A DNA stretch of 64,000 nt from positions 352,001 to 416,000 of the forward strand of contig CBDATQ010000002.1 in the NCBI GenBank assembly GCA_965199955.1. The letters are read 5' to 3'. Positions 29,697 through 39,369 of the stretch are shown here, piece after piece; positions within the stretch are counted from its first letter, which is position 1; each line of letters starts with the position of its first letter. The notes under the pieces are model-generated. The model did no database searches, had not been told where the DNA came from, and saw only the letters and a list, made by a program, of their open reading frames with translations. This DNA is from Spirochaetia bacterium (GTDB lineage: Bacteria; Spirochaetota; Spirochaetia; SZUA-6; Bin103). A program made the position numbers and the translations under genes.

Positions 29697-30032
29697 GTGG
29701 CGGTTGAGGGGACAGACAGAACTGACAGGACGGACCGGGCTGACAAGCTGACCAAGGCGGAGATCATCGAGAGCATCTATGCCGAGGTGCCGGTCAGCAA
29801 GAAAAACATCCATCGCATCCTGGATCTGTTCTTCGACCAGGTGAAGGGCGGGATCATCGGCCAGCGCGCCGTGGAGTTGCGTGGCTTCGGCACCTTTGAG
29901 CTGAAACCGCGCAAGGGCCGGGTCGCGCGCAATCCGCGCACCGGCGAACGGGTCGAGGTGGAGAACCATGGCGTGGCTTCGTTCCGCCCGGGACGCGAGC
30001 TGAAGGAGCGTGCCTGGTCCAGCCAGGTGTGA
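29697..30032 (+). CDS. HU/IHF-family DNA-binding protein (Hbb-like)
   Basis: LTKAEII, VELRGFGTF, ARNPRTGE, FRPGRELK; SD AAGGAG; TDR x3 N-terminal repeat. Confidence 0.93.
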   Translation: MAVEGTDRTDRTDRADKLTKAEIIESIYAEVPVSKKNIHRILDLFFDQVKGGIIGQRAVELRGFGTFELKPRKGRVARNPRTGERVEVENHGVASFRPGRELKERAWSSQV

Positions 30033-30048
30033 CACCTCGACATTCACC

Positions 30049-31710
30049 GTGGCCGATCTGACCCGGTCGGCCAACCCCGGCCGGGCGGCACGCCGCTCCA
30101 CCGGCAAGACGTCGCGGCAGGTGGTGGCAGAGGTCACCGCGTTGACGCTGTCCGCGGCCCTGTTCGCGTTGTCATTCCCCAATCCGCTCTCCGCGTGGGG
30201 GTGGTATCCGCTCGCCTTCGTGGCGCTGGCGCCCCCGTTCTGGGTGATCGGCAAGTCGCCCTGGAGCCGTGTCGTCCTGTACGGCGTGTTGTACGGCTTC
30301 GGCAGCTACGCCCTGTTCAACTACTGGCTGTCGACCTTCCACGCGCTGGCGCTGCTGTTCGTGCCCACCATCCACCTGCTCTACATGGCGGTGCTGTTTC
30401 CCGCGCTGAAGCTGGTCACCGACCGATTCCCTCGCCATGCGCCGCTCTGGCAGGCGGTGCTCTGGGTGGCCTACGAATACCTGAAGACGCAGGGGTTCCT
30501 GGGGTACTCGTACGGCGTCATCGGGTACACGCAGTATCTGTTCGGGCCGCTGGTCCGCTCCGCGGCGTTCGCGGGCGTGTGGGGCGTGTCGCTGCTGGTG
30601 GTGCTGGCCAATAGCTACGTCGCGCACCTGGTGGCGGAGCTGCGGCCGCGGGGCGACCTGTGGCGGCGCTTCGGCCGGCTCCTGCGGGCGCGGCCACTGG
30701 TTCCGGCGATCTGGACCCTGCTGTTCGCCGTTGCCGTCGTCTACGGCGCGGCGCTGCCGATCGACTACGGCGACAGCCCCCGGTGGCGGGTCGCCCTGGT
30801 TCAGCAGAACATCGATCCGTGGCGCGGCGGATACCTCGCCTACGAACGATCCCTGCACGTCCTGCTGAGGCAGAGCCGGCAGGCGCTGGCCCAGAACCCC
30901 GACGCCGTGATCTGGTCCGAGACGTCGTTCGTGCCCGGTATTGACTGGCACACGCGCTACCGCGCGCGCGACCAGGAATCGATCAGGAAGTACGAGCTGG
31001 TCCGCCAGCTCCGGGCGTTCCTGGACGAGCAGACGGTGCCGTTCGTCGTCGGCAACGACGACGGCCAGAAGAGGCGCACTGCCGCGGGCGACGTGCGGGT
31101 GGACTACAACGCGGCGCTGCTGTACCAGGGTGGCGAGATCGTCCAGACATACCGCAAGCTGCACCTGGTGCCGTTCACCGAGCACTACCCGGACTGGGGC
31201 CCCCGGTTCCTTCGCGATCTGCTGGAGGACTTCGATACCCATTTCTGGAAACACGGCGACGAGTGGACGGTCTTCGATGCCGGCGGGGTCCGCTTCTCCA
31301 CTCCGATCTGCTTCGAGGACACCTTCGGCTATCTGAACCGTGAATTCGTCAACCGCGGCGCGCAGGTGATCGTCAACATGACCAACGACACGTGGTCCGG
31401 TTCCGTACCCGCGGAGATGCAGCACTTCGCCATGGCCGTGTTTCGCGCTACCGAAAACCGCAGAAGCGTCGTGCGCGCGGCAAACAGCGGCATCACGGCC
31501 ATCGTCGAGCCCTCGGGGCGGATCACCGCAACGCTGGAGCCGTTCGTCGAGGCCACTCTGATCGGCGAGGTGCCGGTCTTCGATGCCGCGACTACGCTGT
31601 ACTCCCGCGCGGGCGACTGGCTGGGAGTTGCGCTGACCGCAGCGGCGCTCCTGCTGATCGCGGGCGCCCTGGGCGGAGCCGTTCTACGCCGGTGGCGCGA
31701 TGCGCGTTGA
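30049..31710 (+). CDS. lnt: Apolipoprotein N-acyltransferase
   Basis: Multi-TM plus nitrilase triad motifs WSETS, YRKLHLVPFTE, PICFED; NMTNDTW, RATENRR. Confidence 0.93.
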   Translation: MADLTRSANPGRAARRSTGKTSRQVVAEVTALTLSAALFALSFPNPLSAWGWYPLAFVALAPPFWVIGKSPWSRVVLYGVLYGFGSYALFNYWLSTFHALALLFVPTIHLLYMAVLFPALKLVTDRFPRHAPLWQAVLWVAYEYLKTQGFLGYSYGVIGYTQYLFGPLVRSAAFAGVWGVSLLVVLANSYVAHLVAELRPRGDLWRRFGRLLRARPLVPAIWTLLFAVAVVYGAALPIDYGDSPRWRVALVQQNIDPWRGGYLAYERSLHVLLRQSRQALAQNPDAVIWSETSFVPGIDWHTRYRARDQESIRKYELVRQLRAFLDEQTVPFVVGNDDGQKRRTAAGDVRVDYNAALLYQGGEIVQTYRKLHLVPFTEHYPDWGPRFLRDLLEDFDTHFWKHGDEWTVFDAGGVRFSTPICFEDTFGYLNREFVNRGAQVIVNMTNDTWSGSVPAEMQHFAMAVFRATENRRSVVRAANSGITAIVEPSGRITATLEPFVEATLIGEVPVFDAATTLYSRAGDWLGVALTAAALLLIAGALGGAVLRRWRDAR

Positions 31711-31724
31711 CAGGGGCATGCCGG

Positions 31725-31745
31725 ACGGGATGATGATCATCCCGT
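31725..31745. promoter_or_regulatory. Perfect 9-bp inverted repeat over the putative -10 and start codon of the response regulator; TTGACA at 31707-12
   Basis: acgggatga-tga-tcatcccgt. Confidence 0.5.
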
Positions 31746-32454
31746 GACCGGTGACAAGATTTTGATCGTCGACGACGAAGCCACGAACGTCGAGATCTTC
31801 GACCTGATGCTGTCGAAGCTCGGCTTCTCCACGGATACCGCCTCGGACGGGGTGGAGGCACTGGAGAAGCTGCCGAGCTTCCGTCCGGCGCTGATCCTGT
31901 TGGACAACATGATGCCGCGGATGACCGGTTGGGAGGTGACGCGGAGGATCAAGCACGGTGACGATCTGGCCGCGTACCGCGACGTGTCGATCATCATGTT
32001 CTCGGCGGCCGACGACGTCGAGGACAAGGTGCAGGGACTGGAACTGGGGGTGGACGACTACATCACCAAGCCGTTCAACTTCACCGAGGTGCTGGCCCGC
32101 ATGCGCGCCGTACTGCACCGCCGCCATCTGCAGGAGCAGGTGACACGGCGCGAGCATCGGATCGGCGTGATCGAGTCGCTGAACGAGTCGCTGATCTTCT
32201 TCTCCCAACATGTGCGGAGGCCCATCGAGCAGCAGTTGCGGCTGGTCGACGCCCCGGGAGCCGTGTCCGCCGAGACACTCGCCGACAGAATCAAGGACGA
32301 TGCGCACGCGATCCTCACCAAGCTCGATGCTCTGGAGCAGGAAATCGGGGACCTGCAGCGTCAGGGCGACGAGCTCAAGGCGGGAGATCTCTCCCTCGAC
32401 GAGCTCCATCGCCGGCTCGCCGGCATCGCCTCCGCGGGCGTCACCGGCTCCTGA
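31744..32454 (+). CDS. Response regulator: REC domain plus helical C-terminus, no recognisable DNA-binding domain
   Basis: ILIVDDE, LILLDNMMP, DYITKPF; coiled-coil tail. Confidence 0.88.
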   Translation: MTGDKILIVDDEATNVEIFDLMLSKLGFSTDTASDGVEALEKLPSFRPALILLDNMMPRMTGWEVTRRIKHGDDLAAYRDVSIIMFSAADDVEDKVQGLELGVDDYITKPFNFTEVLARMRAVLHRRHLQEQVTRREHRIGVIESLNESLIFFSQHVRRPIEQQLRLVDAPGAVSAETLADRIKDDAHAILTKLDALEQEIGDLQRQGDELKAGDLSLDELHRRLAGIASAGVTGS

Positions 32455-32456
32455 CC

Positions 32457-32852
32457 GTGCTCGGACGCAAGAGGCCGTAGCGGCCCAGCGCCGATGCGCC
32501 GCCCACGACCTTGTCGGCCGAGACCCGGATGAAAGGACTGCTCCGGTTCGACAGCGTCCTGCAGATCAACGGCACGTTCGACGGAGAGATCCACTCCGCC
32601 GGGCGGCTTCTGGTCGGCGAGAACGGGCAAGTGTGCGCCAAGATCGAGGTGGGGTCAGCGGTGATCGGCGGCACCGTGCGCGGCGACATCAAGGCGGCCG
32701 ACAGTGTCGAGATGCTGGCGACTGCCCGAGTGTTCGGCGATGTCGGCACGGCACGGCTGATCGTCGCCGACGGCGCCGTCTTCGAAGGCGAGCTGGAGAT
32801 GAGCGGCACGTCCGACAAGCGCGACGCGTCCGCGGCCCCGCTTGAGGGATAA
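32457..32852 (+). pseudogene. Bactofilin (polymer-forming cytoskeletal protein) with in-frame TAG at codon 8; intact ORF from TTG 32511
   Basis: Beta-helix pattern LQINGTFDGEI, VIGGTVRGDIKA, VFGDV, GAVFEG; GTG 32457 gives MLGRKRP then TAG 32478-80 in the same frame. Confidence 0.7.
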
Positions 32853-32892
32853 GGACGCGGGCCCGCCGCGCGATCCTGTTGTCTCGGCGGCC

Positions 32893-32922
32893 TTGACACC
32901 GCATTCTCCGCGCGATTAAGTT
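32893..32922 (+). promoter_or_regulatory. rho promoter followed by a roughly 105-nt leader
   Basis: TTGACA-18-TAAGTT. Confidence 0.72.
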
Positions 32923-33035
32923 TCCACAAGCACTCACTCCTTCCCAGCGCCAAGCACGGGGCTGCGAGAACGCCATTCAGCAGGTACCGGACGGAAACGG
33001 CCGCGCCGATTCCGCGGGGAGTCCCGGGGAGCAAC

Positions 33036-34520
33036 ATGCCGGAAAAAAGCACAAGCAGACGGTCACGATCGCGAAAGAAGCTCAGGATCGAAGTCAAGGA
33101 CGGCTTCGACGGGGTCGACGGCACCTTGGCCCAACAGGCCGCCGTCGCGCAGGCGGAGCAGGCGGCTGAGAAGCAGGCGCAGACGTCGGGCAGCGATGGC
33201 ATCGACGGACTGCGGGCGCCGGTCGACGACGGAACCCCGCGCGAGAAGCTCCTGATCAGCGATGTCGCCGTAAAGGACCTGCCGGAGCTGCGCAGCCAGG
33301 CGGCTGCCATGGGGTTGAGCCCCGAAAGCCTCGTGGGGACGAAGAAGACGGATCTCATCTTCGGCATCCTCAAGGAACACACGCATGCCAAGGGTGGCGT
33401 GATCTACGCCCACGGCGTGTTGGAGATCCTCCCGGATGGATACGGCTTTCTGCGATCGCCCAACTACAGCTATCTCCCGGGGCCCGAGGACATATACGTG
33501 TCGCCGTCGCAGATCCGGCGATTCAACCTCAAGACCGGAGACACGGTCCATGGCCAGATCCGCCCCCCCAAGGACGGAGAGCGGTTCTTCGCGATGCTGC
33601 TCGTGGAGACGGTCAACGACAACCCGCCGGTCGTCGCGCAGAACCGGGTGCCGTTCGACCACCTCACGCCGCTGTATCCCGACGAGCAACTGAACCTGGA
33701 AACCGCCGATGGCAACCTGGAAACGCGGATGATGAACCTGTTCTGCCCCCTCGGCAAGGGGCAGCGCGGGCTGATCGTGTCGCCGCCGCGCGCCGGCAAG
33801 ACCATGCTGTTGCAGCGGGTCGCGAATGCCATTACGGAGAATCACCCCGAGGTCTTTCTGATCGTGCTGTTGATCGACGAGCGTCCCGAAGAGGTCACCG
33901 ACATGCAGCGCAACGTCAGGGGAGAGGTGGTTTCCTCCACGTTCGACGAACAGGCCACGCGGCACGTGCAGGTCGCGGAGATGGTGATCGAGAAGGCGCG
34001 CCGCCTGGTCGAGCACAAGCGGGACGTCGTGATACTGCTGGACTCGATCACCCGTCTGGCCCGCGCCTACAACCAGACCGTGCCGACGTCGGGCAAGATC
34101 CTGTCCGGCGGCGTCGACTCCAACGCCCTGCACAAGCCGAAGCGCTTCTTCGGCGCCGCGCGCAACGTCGAGCACGGCGGCAGCCTGACCATCGTCGCGA
34201 CCGGCCTGATCGAGACCGGCAGCCGCATGGACGAAGTCATCTTCGAGGAGTTCAAGGGCACCGGCAACATGGAGGTGCGCCTGGACCGCAAGATCGCCGA
34301 CCGCAGGATCTACCCGGCGATCAACATCAAGCAGACCGCCACCCGCAAGGAAGAGCTGCTCCTGAGCGATCAGGAGCTGGCAAAGCTGTGGATCCTGCGC
34401 AAGGTGCTCGGCCCCATGGACGAGCTGGAGACCGCCGAGCTGTTGATCGAGAAGATGCGCAAGACCAAGACCAACGATGCCTTCCTGCGCTCCATGAACA
34501 CCTCGGCCGTCGGCGACTGA
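33036..34520 (+). CDS. rho: Transcription termination factor Rho
   Basis: [59 protein letters not shown]. Confidence 0.99.
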   Translation: MPEKSTSRRSRSRKKLRIEVKDGFDGVDGTLAQQAAVAQAEQAAEKQAQTSGSDGIDGLRAPVDDGTPREKLLISDVAVKDLPELRSQAAAMGLSPESLVGTKKTDLIFGILKEHTHAKGGVIYAHGVLEILPDGYGFLRSPNYSYLPGPEDIYVSPSQIRRFNLKTGDTVHGQIRPPKDGERFFAMLLVETVNDNPPVVAQNRVPFDHLTPLYPDEQLNLETADGNLETRMMNLFCPLGKGQRGLIVSPPRAGKTMLLQRVANAITENHPEVFLIVLLIDERPEEVTDMQRNVRGEVVSSTFDEQATRHVQVAEMVIEKARRLVEHKRDVVILLDSITRLARAYNQTVPTSGKILSGGVDSNALHKPKRFFGAARNVEHGGSLTIVATGLIETGSRMDEVIFEEFKGTGNMEVRLDRKIADRRIYPAINIKQTATRKEELLLSDQELAKLWILRKVLGPMDELETAELLIEKMRKTKTNDAFLRSMNTSAVGD

Positions 34521-35368
34521 CCGTTCGCGGCCTTATCGCTCGCGGGTTGGCCGAATCACGCCGTGGGGCTCCGGCGTTCGCGCTGGACCGCGTCACGCTG
34601 CGCATCGACCGGACTCCCGTCCTGAAGGCCATGAGCTGGTCGGCGGAGACGGGGCAGCGCTGGGCGGTGCTGGGACCCAACGGCTGCGGCAAGAGCACCC
34701 TGCTGCGGTTGCTTGCCGGGCGAGCGCATCCTTCCTCCGGCACCGTCGACCTGCTGGGCCATCGCGTCGGCCGGGTCGACCTGGGCCCGTTGCGGTGTGC
34801 CATCGCCTGGGTGCACGCCGACCTGCTGCAGTGGATCCCTCGCTTCCAGACGGTGCTGGAGACCGTCGTCGCCGGCATGCGCGGCACCTTCGTGGTCTAC
34901 GACCGGATCGCACCGCCGGAGGCGGCTCGGGCGCAGGAGGAGTTGCACGCGGTCGGCATGTGGCCGTTGCGCGAACGCCGGTTCGTGACGCTGTCCACCG
35001 GCGAGCGACAGCGTACGCTCATCGCGCGCGCGTTCGCAGCGCGCCCGGCGCTGGTGCTGCTGGACGAGCCGTGCGCGGGTCTGGACCCGCGGGCGCGCGA
35101 GGAGTTCCTGACGGCGCTGCGCACGGCCGTCGACCGATCGTCCAGCGATGGATCGCCCGCCACGGTCGTCTACGTCACCCACAGCATCGAGGAGCTGGAC
35201 GGCTCCTACGACGGAGTCCTGCTGATGAAGGACGGTGCGGGAGCGGGCGCCGGGCCGCCTGCGAAACAGCTTACCGACGCGAACCTGTCACGACTGTTCG
35301 GCGTGCCGTGCGCGGTGATCGCCGACGGCGGCCGCTACTGGCTGCATGTCGGCCCAGCAGCAGGATGA
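34517..35368 (+). CDS. ABC transporter ATP-binding protein, no adjacent permease (start CTG 34517 or TTG 34547)
   Basis: Walker [10 protein letters not shown], signature LSTGERQR, Walker B LLDEP, H-loop YVTH. Confidence 0.9.
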   Translation: MTVRGLIARGLAESRRGAPAFALDRVTLRIDRTPVLKAMSWSAETGQRWAVLGPNGCGKSTLLRLLAGRAHPSSGTVDLLGHRVGRVDLGPLRCAIAWVHADLLQWIPRFQTVLETVVAGMRGTFVVYDRIAPPEAARAQEELHAVGMWPLRERRFVTLSTGERQRTLIARAFAARPALVLLDEPCAGLDPRAREEFLTALRTAVDRSSSDGSPATVVYVTHSIEELDGSYDGVLLMKDGAGAGAGPPAKQLTDANLSRLFGVPCAVIADGGRYWLHVGPAAG

Positions 35369-36923
35369 GGACGAGGATCAGGGCGACGGGCAGGTAGTCG
35401 CCGAAGGCGGTATACGGCGTCGTGGCCGGCGTCGCCGGCAGGTGCAGCGTGACCAGAGCGGCATCCTCGGTGAACGGCGGCAGTACGGATCCCGGAATCG
35501 TCCGCCCGTACACGTCGAGGGCTGCGGTGATGCCGCCGTTGGTCGATCGGAGCAGCGGCCGCGCATTCTCCACGGACCGGAAGCGCGCCGCCACCAGGTG
35601 CTGGGTCTCCGACGACACGGTGCGCGACCACGAGTCGTTGGTGAGGTTGACCAGCACCTCCGCCCCGGCGCGGACGAAGCGCCGGTTCAAGGCGGGAAAG
35701 GCGTCCTCGAAGCAGATCGGTGTCGACAGGCGCACGCCGCGGCCGTCGGACAGGCTGACGGTGAACACCGTCGGATGGTCGCCGGCGACCCATCCGGCGC
35801 CGATGCCGACCGCCGAACGATAGAACCGGCGCACGAAATCGATCTCGTAGAACGGCACCGCCTCCGCGAACGGAACGAGTTGCTGCTTGCGGTAGTGGTC
35901 GAACCGGCTCGCTCCCGGGCCGATCAGGAAGGAGGAGTTGCTGTGCTCGCCGGCATCGGCATCGACTTCGTAGGGAGCGCCTGTGATCAAGTGAACATTC
36001 AGTCCCCGCAGGAACGGCGCCAGCGGGTCGCCGTCCGGCATGACCTCATAGGACTCGGCGTCCGGGTGGCCGAGCGGCTGGTAGATCAGGGCAGTCTCGC
36101 TCCAGACCACAAGGTCGAGGTCGCCTTCTTCAAGCACCTGGCGCGTGAGCCGCATCAGGGTCAGAAGGCTGTCGCTGATGGCTCGGTAACGGGAGATGGG
36201 GTCTTGAGAGGCCCATGGATCGTGGTTGTGCTGGATCAGCGCCACCTCGATCGGCGTGCCCGCTCCGGCCCCCGACTCCCGGCTCGCATCGGCGCCGAGG
36301 CGGATGAAGCCGTACCCCAGCGCGCCGATCGCCAGCACCGCGACCATGAGCCAGGTCCGTACCGGTTGCTGCCGCCACGGCCGCTGCACCCCTTCCGCGA
36401 CCGCGGCGTTGACCAGCGCCATCAGCAGCGACAGTCCCCACACGCCGGTCAGCGCCGTGAACTGGATCAGCGGGGTGACCGTGTTCACCGGATAGGCAGC
36501 CAGCCCCCAGGGGAAGCCCAGGAACCCGGACGACTTCAAGTACTCGTAGACCGTCCAGGCGGCGGCGACGGCATACGGGCGCAGCCGGCCGCCGGCGACG
36601 GCAACGCCGCGGAGCATCGGCCCCAGGATGGCCCCGAGCAGCGCATAGCCCAGTACCGGGCCTCCCAGCGTCCAGAGTGCGTACTCGTGGAAGTACTGAA
36701 GCCAGTAGTACGACAGCGGCGTGGCCACCAGCATGAACAGGACGGTGGCGGCGGCTGCCTGTGCATGGGAGCGGCAGTGGTAGATCGACAGGAACAGCGG
36801 CGCGAAGGCAAAAATCCCGAGCAGCGGATTGCCAAGCGGCGCAAGCTCGTTCGGGAGAGCCAGGGGCACGGCGATCGCGGATACGGCCGCCGGCACGTAG
36901 CGATGGAGCCACACCTGCGCCAT
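35271..36923 (-). CDS. lnt: Apolipoprotein N-acyltransferase, second paralogue
   Basis: WSETA, YRKQQLVPFAE, PICFEDA, NLTNDSW, RSVENAR. Confidence 0.92.
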   Translation of the reverse strand: MAQVWLHRYVPAAVSAIAVPLALPNELAPLGNPLLGIFAFAPLFLSIYHCRSHAQAAAATVLFMLVATPLSYYWLQYFHEYALWTLGGPVLGYALLGAILGPMLRGVAVAGGRLRPYAVAAAWTVYEYLKSSGFLGFPWGLAAYPVNTVTPLIQFTALTGVWGLSLLMALVNAAVAEGVQRPWRQQPVRTWLMVAVLAIGALGYGFIRLGADASRESGAGAGTPIEVALIQHNHDPWASQDPISRYRAISDSLLTLMRLTRQVLEEGDLDLVVWSETALIYQPLGHPDAESYEVMPDGDPLAPFLRGLNVHLITGAPYEVDADAGEHSNSSFLIGPGASRFDHYRKQQLVPFAEAVPFYEIDFVRRFYRSAVGIGAGWVAGDHPTVFTVSLSDGRGVRLSTPICFEDAFPALNRRFVRAGAEVLVNLTNDSWSRTVSSETQHLVAARFRSVENARPLLRSTNGGITAALDVYGRTIPGSVLPPFTEDAALVTLHLPATPATTPYTAFGDYLPVALILVLILLLGRHAASSGRRRRSPRTARRTVVTGSRR

Positions 36924-36965
36924 GGTAGCTCGCTTCCGAAGCTCGTTCGCGCTAAGCTGCCCGCC

Positions 36966-37325
36966 GTGTTCGCCGACCTGCAGCGCAAGTGGGACGATCT
37001 GTGTACGCAGTGTGGGCAGTGCTGCTATCGGCGCGATCGGGTGCAAGGCGACCTGGTCATCGACCGTGACTCGCCGTGCCGGTTTCTGGATGTGTCGACC
37101 CAGCTCTGCACGGTCTACGAGTCACGGCTGTCGACCTGTGCGAACTGCAAGCGCCTGACGATCTTCCACGCGCTGTTCTCGCGCTATCTGCCCGACGACT
37201 GCGGGTACGTGGAAGCGTTCAGGATATGGCGTAAACCACCCACCGACCGTCAGCGTCCCGCAGCTCCAGGCTCTGCCCCGAACGGAACGACGGAAACGCC
37301 TCCCGATACTGCGCCTCGAAGCTGA
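36966..37325 (+). CDS. YkgJ/YcgN-like CxxCxxCC cysteine-cluster protein
   Basis: CTQCGQCCY, CRFLD, CTVYESR, CANC, LPDDCGY; TAAGCT 7 nt before GTG 36966. Confidence 0.85.
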   Translation: MFADLQRKWDDLCTQCGQCCYRRDRVQGDLVIDRDSPCRFLDVSTQLCTVYESRLSTCANCKRLTIFHALFSRYLPDDCGYVEAFRIWRKPPTDRQRPAAPGSAPNGTTETPPDTAPRS

Positions 37326-38388
37326 TCTCGACCCGGTACCGCGCAGCCCCATCGTCCGCGTCCAGGGCCTCGACCATGCCCACCGTGATCACCTCGTCGG
37401 CGGTCAGGCCGCGGTAGGGAGAGTTGCCGAAGTAGTCGTCCAGCATCGTTCGCAGCGACTCGCGCGTCACTGCCGACCCGTCCGGAAGGCGAATCTCGTG
37501 GTCGACGGCTGCCAGCACGCCGGCGGTGTCCTTCTCCAGGAAGCGGTCGGCCCCGTCGAGCACCGCCGTGACGACGGATGTCCGGTCGGCCAGCGCCTTG
37601 TTGCGGGCATCCGAGGCGCTCATGCGCCGTTCGGCTTCCGCGGCCGACTCCATCGGAGCGGGCGACCAGTTGGCAGGGACCCGTTGCTCGTTGGAGAACA
37701 GGATCGCCGAGACCAGCCACGTGTCTCCGACGGGGCGCAGCACGAACCGCTGCTGCGTGCCCCAGAACGGAACGGCGGCCGACAGATCCATGCGAGCGTC
37801 CACGCTGACCTCGAAGGCGTCCGCCAGGGCCCCGGTTCCGATCCCGTAGCGGTGAGCCATCACGTTGTCGACGTCGTAAATCTGGCCGAGCGAGATTCCC
37901 GCCAGCGATCGCTCGGCGAACAGCGCGTCCAGCACGGAGTGCGCCTGGGAGCGGGTCACGTTCGTTCCCGCCACGAATACCGAGCCGTCCAGCATGGACA
38001 CGATCGCGTCGGAGTCGTGGGCCAGGAAGGCGCTTGCGAGACGCAGCAGCTGCGATACCACCAAGCTGGATGTCCAGCCCGTCGTGTCGACCTCTTCAGC
38101 CGGCGGCCGGTCGGGCAGGTCGATCTTCTCGCGTTGCTGCTCCCCGATGGCATCCGGGTCCAGAGCGGGGTTCAGTTCGAAGGCGAGCCGGCGCATCCCT
38201 GCGGCCAGCTCGATCTTGCCGACTTCCTCGTACTGAAGACCTGCCAAGTAGTACGACTCGGCCATCTCGACCTTTTTCTCCGGGGGAAGAGCCGCCAGAT
38301 CGGCCGGCAGGGCGAGGGCCGGCGTCCCCAGCGCCAGCAGACAAGTGACGAGTGCTGTTGCGGTCAAGAACCGGCGAACGGTAACCAT
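37219..38388 (-). CDS. Exported hypothetical protein with two internally repeated NTF2-like domains
   Basis: Signal peptide ending ALA; visible internal duplication; extended -10 TGgTATAGT upstream. Confidence 0.7.
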   Translation of the reverse strand: MVTVRRFLTATALVTCLLALGTPALALPADLAALPPEKKVEMAESYYLAGLQYEEVGKIELAAGMRRLAFELNPALDPDAIGEQQREKIDLPDRPPAEEVDTTGWTSSLVVSQLLRLASAFLAHDSDAIVSMLDGSVFVAGTNVTRSQAHSVLDALFAERSLAGISLGQIYDVDNVMAHRYGIGTGALADAFEVSVDARMDLSAAVPFWGTQQRFVLRPVGDTWLVSAILFSNEQRVPANWSPAPMESAAEAERRMSASDARNKALADRTSVVTAVLDGADRFLEKDTAGVLAAVDHEIRLPDGSAVTRESLRTMLDDYFGNSPYRGLTADEVITVGMVEALDADDGAARYRVEISFEAQYREAFPSFRSGQSLELRDADGRWVVYAIS

Positions 38389-38477
38389 GGCGGGTAACAC
38401 TATACCATCAATGGCGGCGTGTGACGAGACGACGCAAGCGCCGGTCGGACGGGAGTCGTGGGCCGCGCGCGGAACTT

Positions 38478-38562
38478 TGCCGGAGACCGGATTCGAACCG
38501 GTACGGTCCATGCGGACCAGGGGATTTTAAGTCCCCGGTGTCTACCGTTTCACCACTCCGGC
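38478..38562 (-). tRNA. tRNA-Leu (anticodon UAA), long variable arm, no encoded CCA
   Basis: GCCGGAG...GGGGA-CTTAAAA-TCCCC...GGTTCGAATCC...CTCCGGC-A; promoter TTGACC-18-TAGGCT at 38573-38602. Confidence 0.96.
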
Positions 38563-38633
38563 GCGGGTCCGGAGCCTAACGACGGCTCCGACGCCGGGTC
38601 AAACCTCGGCGCGCTACCGCCCCCCGCACGGAT

Positions 38634-38663
38634 TTGACCGTTACGCCCCGAGCGTACTATCGT
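38634..38663 (+). promoter_or_regulatory. rplU promoter, leaderless geometry
   Basis: TTGACC-18-TATCGT-7 nt-GTG. Confidence 0.72.
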
Positions 38664-38670
38664 TGGTGAC

Positions 38671-39009
38671 GTGTATGCGCTCGTAGAGATCAAGGGAAAG
38701 CAGTACCGGGTGAGTCCCGGTACTGAAATCGTCGTCGATCGACTGTCGGCCGCGCAGGCGGAGTCGTTCGATCTGGACTCGGTCCTGCTGCTGTCCGACG
38801 GTCGTGACGTACGGGTAGGCAATCCGTATGTCGCCGACGCACGGGTACGCGCGCGTGTGGCCGGTGAGGAGCGCGGCAGGAAGATCAGGGTGTCGACCTA
38901 CCGCCGCCGCAAGCGCACGCAGCGCACGCGGGGCCACCGGCAGCGCTACACGCGTCTGGTGATCGAGGACGTGGTCGCGGGCGCAGCCGGGGAAGCCGCG
39001 GCTTCCTGA
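38671..39009 (+). CDS. rplU: 50S ribosomal protein L21
   Basis: MYALVEIKGKQYRV, GHRQRYT. Confidence 0.97.
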   Translation: MYALVEIKGKQYRVSPGTEIVVDRLSAAQAESFDLDSVLLLSDGRDVRVGNPYVADARVRARVAGEERGRKIRVSTYRRRKRTQRTRGHRQRYTRLVIEDVVAGAAGEAAAS

Positions 39010-39021
39010 GGAGAGGCGGAC

Positions 39022-39312
39022 ATGGCTCACAAGAAGGGTGGAGGAAGCTCGCGCAACGGGCGCGACTCGATCGGCCGCAGGCTCGGCGTCAAGCGCTACG
39101 GTGGCGAACGCGTACACGCGGGCGCCGTTCTGGTACGTCAACGCGGAACCCGGGTGCATCCCGGTCCGAATGTCGGCCTGGGCAGCGACGACACGCTGTT
39201 CGCACGGTCTTCCGGTCTGGTCAGGTATTACCGTCGCCGCAACCGGAAGTTCGTCTGCGTCGATTCCAGCGGCCCTGTTGACGGCCCTGCGGAGCAGCCC
39301 GTCGCGCGCTGA
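39022..39312 (+). CDS. rpmA: 50S ribosomal protein L27 (no N-terminal extension)
   Basis: [27 protein letters not shown]. Confidence 0.98.
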   Translation: MAHKKGGGSSRNGRDSIGRRLGVKRYGGERVHAGAVLVRQRGTRVHPGPNVGLGSDDTLFARSSGLVRYYRRRNRKFVCVDSSGPVDGPAEQPVAR

Positions 39313-39369
39313 CCGGCGTCCGTGCGGACGGCTGCCGGCTGCCCCGTGTCCTGCGCCGGACCGGGTGCC

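Noticed and set aside
32478..32480. Genome-wide TAG recoding
   Set aside because: TAG ends hslU, rplY, aroB and other genes at their expected C-termini
38478..38562. bldA-like control through tRNA-Leu(UAA) and early TTA codons (rplY 42013, NlpD-like 50300)
   Set aside because: TTA in a ribosomal protein gene argues against conditional decoding; 5' AT bias explains it
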